Assembly: GCA_050293845.1 (NCBI GenBank)
Contig: JBNKNM010000004.1
Coordinates: 18,578 to 82,577 of the forward strand
From: Pseudobacteriovorax sp.
Lineage (GTDB): Bacteria; Bdellovibrionota_B; Oligoflexia; Oligoflexales; Oligoflexaceae
Length of the DNA: 64,000 nt
Reading direction: 5' to 3'
A program made the translations under genes and the position numbers. How positions within the stretch are numbered: the first letter of the stretch is position 1; each line of letters begins with the position of its first letter. The notes under the pieces are model-generated. The model was not told the DNA's origin and made no database searches. It saw only the letters and a program-made list of their open reading frames with translations. Below, one piece after another: positions 38,460 through 49,270 of the stretch.

Positions 38460-39227
38460 TTGAATCTACCCTTTTGGGTCAAGACCATTTTTTACACAAC
38501 AATCTGTCAGCGGGAAAACCTTAATAGTATGTTTTCGAAAAAAAGCAGGTTAAGAGTTAGAAAAGTTCATAGAATTGCGGGACTCCTGCTAGGGGTTCAG
38601 CTTTTTTTCTGGATCCTTAGTGGAGTTTACTTTTCTTGGGTACCTCTAGAAACTGTTCGAGGGAGAGATTTATCCAAAACGTCTGTGCTTGTTTTGCCAA
38701 AGTCTGAGTACACGTCCTTAGATTCCATTATTGCCGAAATTGAAGATGAAGTTATGGAGATTACCCTGGTACCTTCAACGGAATATCGCGCAATCTATAA
38801 GATAAGGACCAGTCAAGATTGGGTTTTTTACAGTGCTATGACTGGGCATAAGCTTAGTCTACTTAACACACAGCAAATATCCAGATTTGCCAAGTCGGAC
38901 TATCTAGAAAACAACTCGATAAAAAGCATTTCTCTTTTGGAAAAAAAACCGCCTGGGGAATATAAAGGCCCCTTGCCAGTGTTTGTGGTCGAATTTTCAG
39001 ACATTCGGGGAACTAAGCTTTACATTAGCCCAATGAGTGGCGAGATACTAGCGAGGCGAAATCACTATTGGCGAGTATTTGACTTCTTATGGATGTTGCA
39101 TATTCTTGACTTCGGAGAAAGAGAAGACTTCAACAATAATATTTTAAGAACTATATCACTTCTTTCGGGATTTATAGTTATTTCCGGATATGGAATTTAT
39201 TTTAGTTCAAAATTAAGAAGATTATAG
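38460..39227 (+). CDS. PepSY-associated TM helix protein (start probably ~38529)
   Basis: RKVHRIAGLLLGVQLFFWILSG...WRVFDFLWMLHI. Confidence 0.85.
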   Translation: MNLPFWVKTIFYTTICQRENLNSMFSKKSRLRVRKVHRIAGLLLGVQLFFWILSGVYFSWVPLETVRGRDLSKTSVLVLPKSEYTSLDSIIAEIEDEVMEITLVPSTEYRAIYKIRTSQDWVFYSAMTGHKLSLLNTQQISRFAKSDYLENNSIKSISLLEKKPPGEYKGPLPVFVVEFSDIRGTKLYISPMSGEILARRNHYWRVFDFLWMLHILDFGEREDFNNNILRTISLLSGFIVISGYGIYFSSKLRRL

Positions 39228-39296
39228 AATTTACCGTCTATAAATATTAGTTATAAACAGTAAATAAAGCTCGTCGAATCATTCTAAATAAATAGT

Positions 39297-39674
39297 TTAT
39301 GGAATCTCTTCGTGAGGGACTTCTTCTTGATGATTTAACCAATATAGGAAAATAGTTGCTTCAGTAGTATTAATCCATTCAGGATTTCCAAGAGGCATCG
39401 TACCGCCTTCAATAGTTTGGATAATCAATTGCGAATGACTAGCAAGCTCAACACTTGTCTCAAAACTATGCCCTCCGGATGCAAATTCAGAATTATGACA
39501 ACTAATACAGCTGCTTTCTACGATTGGATATACAACATCGTCAAAAAACCTCTGATCTATTGGAACAACTGGGTCTTCGTTCGGAGGAAGTTCGCCGCCT
39601 TCATCCCCATGACCAAAGGTGATAGATTCACACAGAAATAATGTGGTTATGATTGCTAACGCCATAGATTTCAT
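39297..39674 (-). CDS. Secreted c-type cytochrome
   Basis: Signal peptide, CISCH heme motif, distal MP. Confidence 0.8.
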   Translation of the reverse strand: MKSMALAIITTLFLCESITFGHGDEGGELPPNEDPVVPIDQRFFDDVVYPIVESSCISCHNSEFASGGHSFETSVELASHSQLIIQTIEGGTMPLGNPEWINTTEATIFLYWLNHQEEVPHEEIP

Positions 39675-39732
39675 TTCGATTACTCTCCTAATTGATTTTC
39701 AGTCAGTCTAGCATCAGACTTCAGAAGATCAA

Positions 39733-40263
39733 TTAAGAATACCTAATCATTAATTTTGCTTTCATAGAGACGACAAAAGATAATAAGCCAACTAGAAAGG
39801 CACCAATTATCCAAAAACTGAGGACCTCGAGATATACTTCAACTCCAATCCCCATAAAAACACCAATAAAAATGGAGCAGAGAGCAAAATAGTACTGAAC
39901 CTTTGAGCGATAGATTTTTTGCAATTCGTAGCTATTAAGAATCAAGCCAGCTGCTACAGCACCACTTCCCAGAAATATTCCTCCACATAGCATCATGCAG
40001 ATTTGATAACCAAATGTGTCGTGAAAAAAATGAAATAATTCATGGTTATTCGTGATGCTTAGTTTGAATTGAGGGCAAAAAGTCATCGTCAAAACACCGA
40101 TAAAAATCTGAATAAGTAACAGCTTTGTAAATACAAACGTATGGCTTGGATTCATACTCTTGTGAATATATTCCAATACATTAGACGAAAGTTTCTCAGG
40201 CGGTTTCATTGGCATTGAAGATAAAAAATCTTCATAGTCAGATTTAGAATCTTTATTCTTCAT
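39733..40263 (-). CDS. Membrane protein, candidate anti-sigma factor
   Basis: Overlaps the ECF sigma stop; four TMs with Cys/His/Met residues (CPQF, HELFHFFH, CMMLCG). Confidence 0.6.
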   Translation of the reverse strand: MKNKDSKSDYEDFLSSMPMKPPEKLSSNVLEYIHKSMNPSHTFVFTKLLLIQIFIGVLTMTFCPQFKLSITNNHELFHFFHDTFGYQICMMLCGGIFLGSGAVAAGLILNSYELQKIYRSKVQYYFALCSIFIGVFMGIGVEVYLEVLSFWIIGAFLVGLLSFVVSMKAKLMIRYS

Positions 40264-40804
40264 GATTACTACCTCCGTATTTAGTCTTTAACTTACGAAT
40301 TCCACGAGAGATAATTTTCCGAATATTGATATCTGAAGTCGATAAAGCTTCGCTTATCTCGCTAAATTCTAAGTCTTTCTCATATCTCATTTGCAACACC
40401 TCTGACTCTCTACCACTTAATGAAGCATCTTGAACATATTGATGAATATCAGGAGCATCTGGTTGGTCTTTAGGTGAACTTCGCTCAATTTCAATATACT
40501 TATGATTAGTTGCTCGATTGGATATAAGTTTCCGATGGAAATCAATGACCTCATTTCTGCAAATCGAAAAGATCCATTTTGGGAAAATATATTTCGAATC
40601 GTACCTATCGACTCCCCTGTGTAGTTTTATAAATACTGATTGAAAAACGTCTTCTACATCCAACCTATTGGAGATTCTCTTATAGAGATAGCTATAGACC
40701 TTACCTTCATAGCGGCTATAGATCACTTGAAATGCAAGATTTTCGCCTTTTTGATAGAGAACCATAAGTTCCTCATCGGAAAGATTATTATAAGGATTTT
40801 CCAC
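40253..40804 (-). CDS. ECF sigma factor
   Basis: SDEELM...DVEDVFQSVFIKL...WIFSICRNEVIDF (region 2); LEFSEISEAL...ISRG (region 4). Confidence 0.92.
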   Translation of the reverse strand: MENPYNNLSDEELMVLYQKGENLAFQVIYSRYEGKVYSYLYKRISNRLDVEDVFQSVFIKLHRGVDRYDSKYIFPKWIFSICRNEVIDFHRKLISNRATNHKYIEIERSSPKDQPDAPDIHQYVQDASLSGRESEVLQMRYEKDLEFSEISEALSTSDINIRKIISRGIRKLKTKYGGSNHEE

Positions 40805-40816
40805 CTCTACCCTCTT

Positions 40817-40843
40817 TTACGAACGAACTGAATCATATGTGAC
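40817..40843 (-). promoter_or_regulatory. ECF-type promoter GTCACA-N15-TCGTAA (autoregulatory)
   Basis: Immediately upstream of the sigma gene on its strand. Confidence 0.7.
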
Positions 40844-40916
40844 ACACTATCCAAATAATTTTATAACATATTGATATTACTGTAACTATTTTTTAACAGT
40901 TTTTTTTCGCAGGTTT

Positions 40917-40943
40917 GTCACAAAACGACTCCCTCTATCGTAG
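40917..40943 (+). promoter_or_regulatory. ECF-type promoter GTCACA-N15-TCGTAG for the cus-like operon
   Basis: Same motif, divergent orientation. Confidence 0.7.
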
Positions 40944-40960
40944 AATAAGGCATCAAGTAA

Positions 40961-41500
40961 GTGAGGAACCGAAATATGAAGCCTATATTTGCAATTACCC
41001 TATTTACAGTCTCTGGATTTCTGTCTGCTCACGGAGCAAAACCTCATTCCAAAGAAGTGCAAGGTGATGACATTATTAATCAACAAACTGTTAAAAAAGC
41101 AGACAAGGATGCATTTAGAAATAAGATACATAATCAAATCAATACGAGCTACCAATTGGCAGCTAAGGATATTCTGACTCGTTCGTGCTTCGATTGCCAT
41201 GGAACTAAAACACGGTTTCCTTGGTACTACAATCTACCAGTTGTGAAAGATATAATTGACAACGATATTTCTGAAGCAAAAAAGCACTTAAAAATCCTCG
41301 AAATTTTCCCATTTAGTAGTCATGCATCCAATGTTGCTGATTTGAAAGCAATTTGGAAGTCAATTGAAAATGACGACATGCCACCACTAGGATATAGAAT
41401 TATGCATGGCAATAGTCAACTTAGTATCAAAGAAAAAAAGCAGATTAAGGACTGGATAGACTATTCACTTGAGAGGTTACAATGCAATTTGCCGTGTTAA
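40961..41500 (+). CDS. Heme-binding domain protein
   Basis: RSCFDCH...PWY...MPPLGY. Confidence 0.85.
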   Translation: MRNRNMKPIFAITLFTVSGFLSAHGAKPHSKEVQGDDIINQQTVKKADKDAFRNKIHNQINTSYQLAAKDILTRSCFDCHGTKTRFPWYYNLPVVKDIIDNDISEAKKHLKILEIFPFSSHASNVADLKAIWKSIENDDMPPLGYRIMHGNSQLSIKEKKQIKDWIDYSLERLQCNLPC

Positions 41501-42678
41501 TGTTATTAACTATAGCTACTCCTGCAATGTCGGCAACTTTTAGCGAAATTATTGAATCGATCGTATCTCATCAAAAGATCAAATCTCTACAAAATAGATC
41601 CTATGCTTTAAAAGCTGAATCTCGGAGTAAAGGCTCCTGGGGTGATCCTATGTTCAAATTATCTCTTAAAAATATCCCAAAGGAAACCCTTAGCGCTGAC
41701 GAAACTCCCATGTCCGGAAAAGAGATTGCTGTATCACAGGTAGTTCCTTTAACTTCAAGGCTGGGAGACCAAGAAGATGCTTTGAGATACATGTCCCAAT
41801 CAAAGAATTGGGAAGCACTTTTGACCCGAGATAACTTAATTCAGCAGTTCTGGCAATATCTAATCACAGATCGTAGGCTACGTGAAGAATTGACAATCCT
41901 ACGTGAGAATCTAATCTGGATATCAAAAATGATTTCAGTATCTAGAAATCTATATGCTACAGGCAAACAGTCACAGCAAGCACTTTTAGAACTTGAAATC
42001 AGGAAATCGGAGCTTAAAAGTGATATTAGATCGAAGGAATTGGCCATTGAGATAGAAAAATCTACCCTTCTCTATCTACTAAATGGAGTCGATCACGGTG
42101 ATGTTGCGAAAGTTCCATGGAGCCTACTGGAGAAGGAAACAAAAGATATAGATAAGAAAGAAAAGATGCTAGAAGCCGCGGTTGTCGCTTCAAATTACCT
42201 CCACACCGCAAAGAACAAAGCGCGAATTCCAGATATCACTTTTTCCTTAGGCTATACCAAGCGCGAATTTGACGATAACTTGGGAGATTTTGTGTCTTTT
42301 GGAGCTAGTATACCAATACCTAGCTCTGACAGACGATATGCTGACATTGTAATGACAGCATACAACAAGACTTCGATGGAAAATAGTCTTAACGACTATA
42401 GAAATCAAAAACGTTCCAAATTGCATTCACTCCAGAAAAGGTCCGAACAACTTAAAGAAGAGCTTTCAATTCTAGCAAAAGAAACCATTAAATACGCTGA
42501 AAATGCAATGCAGATTACAACAAAATCTTATCAGTTGGGAGAGTCGACATATATTGAGCTCTTACAACTAGAGCTAAAATTACAGGTACTGAAAATCAAA
42601 CAAGTAGGACTGAACGCAAACCTTTTGGCTACAAAGCTCCAGATAAAAACTCTTCAGGGAGAAAAACTCTATGAATAA
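41482..42678 (+). CDS. TolC/CusC-family outer membrane factor
   Basis: Signal peptide, DPMF, SQVVP, Y..G...Y.ELL repeats; precedes the adaptor and RND genes. Confidence 0.85.
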   Translation: MQFAVLMLLTIATPAMSATFSEIIESIVSHQKIKSLQNRSYALKAESRSKGSWGDPMFKLSLKNIPKETLSADETPMSGKEIAVSQVVPLTSRLGDQEDALRYMSQSKNWEALLTRDNLIQQFWQYLITDRRLREELTILRENLIWISKMISVSRNLYATGKQSQQALLELEIRKSELKSDIRSKELAIEIEKSTLLYLLNGVDHGDVAKVPWSLLEKETKDIDKKEKMLEAAVVASNYLHTAKNKARIPDITFSLGYTKREFDDNLGDFVSFGASIPIPSSDRRYADIVMTAYNKTSMENSLNDYRNQKRSKLHSLQKRSEQLKEELSILAKETIKYAENAMQITTKSYQLGESTYIELLQLELKLQVLKIKQVGLNANLLATKLQIKTLQGEKLYE

Positions 42679-44071
42679 TTTTGCCATCGTCATTGCGATA
42701 ATAATGGTTGTTATTTCTTGTACGAAACCTAGCGGTAACGGGATAGAAGCCAAAAGAGCAGGTAGCGAAGATCACTCTGGTCATCTTCACTTGGACGAGA
42801 ACAGAATTAGTTCTTACTACACTTGCTCCATGCATCCACAAATTCGAGAGAATAGCCCTGGAAAATGTCCTATCTGCGGAATGAATCTTGTTAAGGTGGA
42901 AGTCGAAGAGGATGACGAAAAACCGAAAGTTACACCCATTGTTCAGGAGTGGAGATGCAAGGATTACCCAGAGGTAACTAGTGCTTCGGACGAACCATGC
43001 CCGATTGATGGTTCCCCCATGATTCTAATTGAGCAATCAGCTATGAATCCCGGTGACGCCATTGCAGAGGTTAAACTCCGTAAATCACAGCTATCACACT
43101 TTTCACCTAGTTACTTTCCAGTTACGACTATGCGAATGACAAAAAGCATTCGACTTTTAGGATCGGTGATGCAATCGGAAGAGAAAGAAAGCACAATACC
43201 GGCACGAGTTGAAGGACGAGTTGAAAAGGTCTACCCAAAATCAACAGGAAGCTTTATCCAAAAAGGAGATCCTGTCGTTCAACTCTATAGCCCGAAGCTA
43301 ATCACAACTGGGCAGGAGTATATAGTTTCAAGAAATAGCTACGAAGAAAATAGAAATAGTGACTTCAAAGCTCTAATGGAGAATGCAGCGGAGAGACTTG
43401 AATCTTTTGGAATTCGAAAGTTTCAGTATGAAGCATGGTATAAGAAAAAATCGGTCCCAGACAAAATCATTCTTTATTCTCACACTTCAGGAATTGTTAG
43501 AACAAAAAACGCAACTGTTGGAAAGTACTTTAAAGAAGGTCAGAATCTTTTTGAAATTACAGATTTATCTGATGTATGGGTAGAACTTGATGTGTACGAA
43601 CATGACTCTGCTATCGTTAAAATGAATCAGAGTGTAGAGCTAAAATTCTCTTCTTCTCCTGGCACAATTATTGAAAGCAATATCGATTTTATTGCTCCAA
43701 TTCTAGATAGCAACTCACGAACTCTTAAGGTTCGCGCGACAATAGCAAATCCGGATGGAGTTTTGAAGCCCGGGATGATTGCTGAAGCAAATCTAGAGGT
43801 TGTGTTTGAAGGAAAGCCTCTTGTAATACCTCGAACGGCGATTATAAACACTGGTAAGAGAAAAGTTGTTTGGACCAAAATATCGGAAAAAAAGTTTCAA
43901 GCTAAAATTGTACACACAGGTTTTGAATCAGAAGGTTACGTAGAAATTAAACATGGACTGATGGAAAACGAAGAAGTTATCATAGATGGCAATTTCCTTC
44001 TCGACGCGCAAGCTCAGCTTTTTGGTGGATATAGCGATATGACCAGCAAAAGCAGCACTCATCAACACTAG
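42671..44071 (+). CDS. cusB: CusB-like RND periplasmic adaptor with heavy-metal-binding domains
   Basis: YTCSMHPQI...CPICGMNL, ARVEGRVEK, SRTLKVR, LKPGM, GNFLLDA. Confidence 0.9.
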   Translation: MNNFAIVIAIIMVVISCTKPSGNGIEAKRAGSEDHSGHLHLDENRISSYYTCSMHPQIRENSPGKCPICGMNLVKVEVEEDDEKPKVTPIVQEWRCKDYPEVTSASDEPCPIDGSPMILIEQSAMNPGDAIAEVKLRKSQLSHFSPSYFPVTTMRMTKSIRLLGSVMQSEEKESTIPARVEGRVEKVYPKSTGSFIQKGDPVVQLYSPKLITTGQEYIVSRNSYEENRNSDFKALMENAAERLESFGIRKFQYEAWYKKKSVPDKIILYSHTSGIVRTKNATVGKYFKEGQNLFEITDLSDVWVELDVYEHDSAIVKMNQSVELKFSSSPGTIIESNIDFIAPILDSNSRTLKVRATIANPDGVLKPGMIAEANLEVVFEGKPLVIPRTAIINTGKRKVVWTKISEKKFQAKIVHTGFESEGYVEIKHGLMENEEVIIDGNFLLDAQAQLFGGYSDMTSKSSTHQH

Positions 44072-44079
44072 GGGATCTC

Positions 44080-47000
44080 ATGATTCAAAAACTCATTGAA
44101 ACTGCGATTCGGAATCGAATTTTGGTTGTTTGTATTTTTATTGGGATAGCACTTGCATCTGTATTTAGTATTCAAAATGCAAAAGTTGATGCCATTCCAG
44201 ATATTGGAGAAAATCAACAGATCGTTTTCACAGAATGGCAAGGACGATCCCCTAAGGATATCGAAGAACAAATTACCTATCCTCTTAGCATAGCCTTGCA
44301 GGGCATCCCTGGAGTCAAGCAAGTAAGGGGAATGTCTGCCTTTGGTTTTTCAACAATTTATATTATCTTCAAAGAAGGCATCGATTTCTATTGGAGCCGT
44401 TCCCGCGTTCTAGAAAAAATATCCACTGCTGCCAGTTTGGTCCCATCGGGAGTTGTACCAACGATGGGACCAGATGCTACCGGTCTCGGGCAAATTTATT
44501 GGTATACAGTGGAAAATTCAGCAAATGCCTTAAACCCAAAATCTCTAGCAGAACTAAGGTCTATTCAAGAATTCTACGTCCGATACGGTCTCCAAGGTGT
44601 CGATGGAGTCAGTGAAGTCGCAAGTGTTGGCGGGTTTCTAAAGGAATATCAAATTGATGTAGACCCCAATAAGCTTTTCGCATTGAACATTCATTTTAGC
44701 GCCCTACTCAGAGCGATAAAAAACAGCAATATCGACGTCGGCGCAGAGGTTATTGAAGATGGAGATCGAGAGTTTATTGTTCGAGGAAAAGGTTTTTTTA
44801 GGTCCATATCAGACATAGAAAACGTTGTCGTCGACGTAAAGAAAGGATCTCCTATCCGGGTGAAAGATGTTGCAAATGTTGGCACTGGTCCAGGATTTCG
44901 TCGAGGCGCATTGGATAAAAATGGAACAGAAGCAGTGGGTGGTGTGGTTACCATGCGCTTTGGAGAAAATCCCCAAGTTGTAATTGATCGTGTAAAATCA
45001 AGGTTAGAATCTCTAAAAACGGGACTTCCTAAGGGGGTTCAGATAGTGCCTTTCTACGATCGAACGGAATTAATTCAAAATACGATGAATACAGTCTATT
45101 CGGCCTTGACTCAGGAAATAGTAATCACAGTAATTGTCATACTGGCCTTTCTTCTACATTTTAACTCATCAATATTGGTTTCCCTAACTCTTCCTTTTGG
45201 AGTAGGTATTAGCTTTATATTAATGAAGTTACTAGATATTGACTCGAATGTAATGAGTCTATCAGGAATGGTGATAGCTATCGGCTCGATGGTAGATATG
45301 GGCATCATCATGACAGAGAACATCTATTCATCACTGGCAAATCATCCCAATGCAAATAAAAAGCAAAGAATAGAAATAATCGTAGCATCGGCAAGAGAAG
45401 TTGGCCCCGCAATTCTAACAGCTGTGACAACTACGATAATTACTTTTCTTCCCGTATTTGGACTTGAAGGTAGCGAAGGGAAGCTTTTTCATCCATTAGC
45501 ATGGGCCAAGACCCTAGCGATGTTTGGTTCAGTGATAGTCGCAATCATTTTGGTACCTGCTTTGTCGGCGTTTATGCTTAAAGGGAATTTGAAACCTATA
45601 GAAAAGAATAAGGTGAGCTCACTTATTGTTAAAGCCTACAAACCAACTCTAAATTGGGTCCTCGAACATCGCAAAGTCTTCATTGCTGCACCAATTCTAT
45701 TGTTACTCTTAGGTGGATATGCTTTTACACAGTTGGGAAAGGAGTTTATGCCTTCATTAAATGAAGGCGATATCTTATATATGCCAGTGACAACTCCTGA
45801 CGTTAGTATGACAAAGGCAAGAGAGCTCCTATCCTATACAGACCGTGTATTGAAAGAGCATCCTTTGGTAGAGTCAGCTGTCGGCAAATTGGGCCGCTCA
45901 AATACCGCCATCGATCCTGCACCGATCGCTATGTTTGAAACTGTCGTTAAGTTGGTACCGAAAGATCAATGGCCTTCTGGAAAGACTATATATGATATTA
46001 TGGAAGATTTGGATCAAAGTATTCAAGTACCTGGACTTGTTAACTCATGGGACTTTCCAATCCAAACCCGTATTGGAATGATTTCTACCGGAATCAAGAC
46101 TCAAATAGGGGTGAAGATATTTGGCCAAGACTTAAAAACATTAGAATCGATTGCTGCCGAAGTTGGAAAACGAGTGGAAGAGGTCGAAGGTGCCTACGGA
46201 GTTTATGCAGAACAGATTACAGGGAAGCCCTATATCGAATTTGATATTGATCGGATCGCCGCATCTCGGTATGGAATAAATACTGGGACAGTCAATCAAA
46301 TTCTACAGACTGCTGTTGGTGGAATGCCAATCGGTCAGTTTTATGAGGGCCGTGAAAGATACGCGATTCGAGTACGATACAAGAAAGAACTACGCGATCG
46401 AATCGATGAGCTTAAACGAGTTCTAGTACCAAGCCCCTTGGGTCAACATATTCCCCTTGAGCAATTAGCTAATATTAGAATTGTAACAGGGCCTGCGGCA
46501 ATACAATCCGAAAATGGGCAACTAAGGGCTGTAGTCCTACTGAATGTGAAAGACAGAGACTTAATTGGATTCGTGGATGAAGCTCAAAAGCATGTTGCTG
46601 AAAATATCGATTTGCCTAAAGGATACTCTATTGACTGGGCTGGTCAGTATGAAAATCAGGTTAGAGCTAATAGGAGGTTAGGATTTCTAGTTCCAATCGC
46701 CCTGGTGATCAACCTGTTTATCATCTACTTAGGGATAAAAAATTTCAGAAATTCAGCCATTATTTTCAGCGCAGTCCCAATCGCCATGGCGGGTGGTATC
46801 GTATTATTATGGGTTGGAGGATTTAACACATCTGTAGCTGTTTGGGTTGGTTTCATTGCACTCTTTGGGATTGCTGTTGACGACGGTGTCGTAATGATGA
46901 CCTACCTTCAAGAAGCTATAAAAACTCATAAGCCAAAAGATTGGTCTTCGCTGAAGGACTGCATAATTGAAGCCGGATCGCGGCGTATTCGACCTTTGGT

Positions 47001-47202
47001 GATGACAACAACTACAACAGTCGTCGCATTGCTTCCCGTCCTTTGGTCGACCTCTACCGGTAGTGAAGTTATGAAGCCAATGGCTATACCAACTCTAGGT
47101 GGAATGACAGTTGAACTTATGACACTATTTATGGTGCCAGTGACCTTTTCATTTTTTGAATATAGAACAATATTAAAGGAGTCTGTAAATGAAAATAATT
47201 AA
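44080..47202 (+). CDS. cusA: CusA/SilA-type heavy-metal RND permease
   Basis: DAIPDIGENQ, GPDATGLG, AIGSMVD, EFMPSLNEG, APIAMFET. Confidence 0.95.
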   Translation: MIQKLIETAIRNRILVVCIFIGIALASVFSIQNAKVDAIPDIGENQQIVFTEWQGRSPKDIEEQITYPLSIALQGIPGVKQVRGMSAFGFSTIYIIFKEGIDFYWSRSRVLEKISTAASLVPSGVVPTMGPDATGLGQIYWYTVENSANALNPKSLAELRSIQEFYVRYGLQGVDGVSEVASVGGFLKEYQIDVDPNKLFALNIHFSALLRAIKNSNIDVGAEVIEDGDREFIVRGKGFFRSISDIENVVVDVKKGSPIRVKDVANVGTGPGFRRGALDKNGTEAVGGVVTMRFGENPQVVIDRVKSRLESLKTGLPKGVQIVPFYDRTELIQNTMNTVYSALTQEIVITVIVILAFLLHFNSSILVSLTLPFGVGISFILMKLLDIDSNVMSLSGMVIAIGSMVDMGIIMTENIYSSLANHPNANKKQRIEIIVASAREVGPAILTAVTTTIITFLPVFGLEGSEGKLFHPLAWAKTLAMFGSVIVAIILVPALSAFMLKGNLKPIEKNKVSSLIVKAYKPTLNWVLEHRKVFIAAPILLLLLGGYAFTQLGKEFMPSLNEGDILYMPVTTPDVSMTKARELLSYTDRVLKEHPLVESAVGKLGRSNTAIDPAPIAMFETVVKLVPKDQWPSGKTIYDIMEDLDQSIQVPGLVNSWDFPIQTRIGMISTGIKTQIGVKIFGQDLKTLESIAAEVGKRVEEVEGAYGVYAEQITGKPYIEFDIDRIAASRYGINTGTVNQILQTAVGGMPIGQFYEGRERYAIRVRYKKELRDRIDELKRVLVPSPLGQHIPLEQLANIRIVTGPAAIQSENGQLRAVVLLNVKDRDLIGFVDEAQKHVAENIDLPKGYSIDWAGQYENQVRANRRLGFLVPIALVINLFIIYLGIKNFRNSAIIFSAVPIAMAGGIVLLWVGGFNTSVAVWVGFIALFGIAVDDGVVMMTYLQEAIKTHKPKDWSSLKDCIIEAGSRRIRPLVMTTTTTVVALLPVLWSTSTGSEVMKPMAIPTLGGMTVELMTLFMVPVTFSFFEYRTILKESVNENN

Positions 47203-47716
47203 AACTACAATACTTTACCTCTCAATGGGACTTATTTCTAATTATAGTTTAGCGATGGAAACACACGATTATAGTAAAATGATTGCTCAAGACAGCAAGA
47301 AGACAAGACTGGATGAAAACACAAAAAAAAATCTACTTGAAGCCTTAACTATTAACGAAAGCCTTCACAAGTATTTTTACAATTACGATGAATCTATGGT
47401 TGAAAAGAACGCACAATCTCTTCGAGCAGCATTACAGAAAATATCAAACCCTGAAATAGCAAAAATGCTAGTTTTTTCTATCGAAAAACTTAGTCAGATA
47501 AAGGCTTCTAATGAAAGGGTAGCTAATAATAAGATTTATCACACGGTCTCTTCAACCCTCGTTCACCTAATAGATACCTATGATATTGGTGGTAATTATA
47601 AAGGATTTTACTGTCCTATGGTAAAAATGAAGTGGGTTCAAAACACCAGCACTTTGGCCAAGGCTCACAATCCCTATACTCCAAAAATGCAGCAGTGTGG
47701 GGAGATGTTAAATTAA
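47189..47716 (+). CDS. DUF3347-like periplasmic protein
   Basis: Signal peptide; FYCPMV...W.Q...NPY...M..CG. Confidence 0.82.
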   Translation: MKIIKTTILYLSMGLISNYSLAMETHDYSKMIAQDSKKTRLDENTKKNLLEALTINESLHKYFYNYDESMVEKNAQSLRAALQKISNPEIAKMLVFSIEKLSQIKASNERVANNKIYHTVSSTLVHLIDTYDIGGNYKGFYCPMVKMKWVQNTSTLAKAHNPYTPKMQQCGEMLN

Positions 47717-48244
47717 TATTACACTTTCTTAACATTGAGTAAAGTGGAAGAGCCAGTCAGAGTTATTGACAAGGTTCTTCCTAACCACCTGTTTTAACAG
47801 GGGGGAACACTACACACTCTTTCGACGCATCAAGTCGCATAGGGGGCAGCAGCTGTACTTTGTGACGTGATACGTTTTTGCGAAGCTTTGGGGGCAAAAG
47901 CATCTATTTTTGAATTAGACATCATCAAAACTGTAATATTATCTTAGAATGGGCATGGAAATTTAGGTTTTCGTCACATTTACTTCGACGGACCGGGAGT
48001 GCATGGATTTTTAAATTCTTATTAAGCCAAGGAAACTAGAAAAGTGCAGCTACCGCTTGGGAGTACATAGAGAAGAATAAGCGCAGCTGATATCAGCAGC
48101 ATGTTAGGGTTTTATGGGGCCATTCCATTGAAACAACTACTTAAATCAGGGTAGTAGCTGCTCTGGAAACAAAACAAGTAGCCCACTAATTAGAATGCTA
48201 AGGTTCAACATAGACTACTTCTTCCCTATCAGAGATACTGGATA

Positions 48245-48616
48245 TTAAGAACAACAGCTTGGTTCCTCGTTGTTATCGATTGATTCTTCATCGCTAACAA
48301 AGACCTTGAAGGCCTTGAGTGCCCACATTTCACCAACACATCCTCCCATAGTAGAAGCGATTGCTAAAAACTCACCAACTTCTTCTCTAGTAGCTCCGAG
48401 TTCTTTGGCTTTTAGGATATAAAACTTGAAACATGGCTCACATCTGGCTGAAACAGACCATAAAACGGCCGCAAGTGCTTTGTGCTTTGACGGTATTGCA
48501 CCGTCAGTGAATATTGACTTTTGTCTCATTCTGTCAATATGCCCAACCGCTCCGTTAGTAACCTTTGAGAACTCTTTCATAATATCGAATGCTGGGTCTA
48601 TTTTATTAAGGTCCAT
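48245..48616 (-). CDS. Carboxymuconolactone decarboxylase/AhpD-like protein
   Basis: DGAIPSKHKAL...ARCEPC...AKELGATREEV; C-terminal CC. Confidence 0.85.
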   Translation of the reverse strand: MDLNKIDPAFDIMKEFSKVTNGAVGHIDRMRQKSIFTDGAIPSKHKALAAVLWSVSARCEPCFKFYILKAKELGATREEVGEFLAIASTMGGCVGEMWALKAFKVFVSDEESIDNNEEPSCCS

Positions 48617-48619
48617 TGC

Positions 48620-48904
48620 TCAGCTTTCCTTTTTACATTGTTTTTCGGTTGCTTCATAACCAGTGGAGTTAATTTGACCTAGTATTTCGTTTTTCGTAGT
48701 TTTTGATTGATCATAGGAAACGGTCGCTTCAGCTTGATCTACCGAAGCTGAAATGTTTTCGATTCCTTTGAGTTTCTTGACAGCTGCCTTTAGGGTTAGA
48801 CTGCAAGTTGCGCAAGTCATACCTTTAACATTAAAACAGGCTTTCATGTTAGCTAAGGATACGCTTGAAGCTAACATAAGAAATGTGCCTATCAATATTT
48901 TCAT
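48620..48904 (-). CDS. merP: MerP-like periplasmic HMA protein
   Basis: Signal peptide and GMTCATC. Confidence 0.85.
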   Translation of the reverse strand: MKILIGTFLMLASSVSLANMKACFNVKGMTCATCSLTLKAAVKKLKGIENISASVDQAEATVSYDQSKTTKNEILGQINSTGYEATEKQCKKES

Positions 48905-48916
48905 AATGCTTTTCTC

Positions 48917-49270
48917 CTAATCTAAAATCCATACCACCCAGTATGGAGAGGCCATTGCTACTATTGCTATGATCAGCCCGACAAAATATGCACCAACGAG
49001 CATTCGGTACTTTGCTTTATTCGCACAAATTGAGACAGGATCGCAAGAAATCTGCTTTCTGAAAAGGCTATAACCAGCGTATCCAAAAACAGCTATAATA
49101 ACACCAGCCATCGGTATTTGTAAAAAATCAAACCTCGATAGAAAAGCAGCACCGGAAACACCCAAAAAAGTTAGTATCAAAGGTCCAATACAACAGAGAG
49201 AACCTAAAATTCCAGCCAATATACCACCACTTATTAAGTAACCTGGCTTTCCTTCTACGAATCTACTCAT
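48917..49270 (-). CDS. merT: MerT-like transporter
   Basis: SLCCIGPL, cytoplasmic CDPVSIC, three TMs, PY. Confidence 0.88.
   Translation of the reverse strand: MSRFVEGKPGYLISGGILAGILGSLCCIGPLILTFLGVSGAAFLSRFDFLQIPMAGVIIAVFGYAGYSLFRKQISCDPVSICANKAKYRMLVGAYFVGLIIAIVAMASPYWVVWILD

Noticed and set aside
47717..48244. IS end or ncRNA in the gap between the cus and mer blocks
   Set aside because: Only short palindromes (e.g. CTGTTTTAACAG) and a partial GTCACA without the -10 element. No transposase fragment or RNA family was recognisable by eye.
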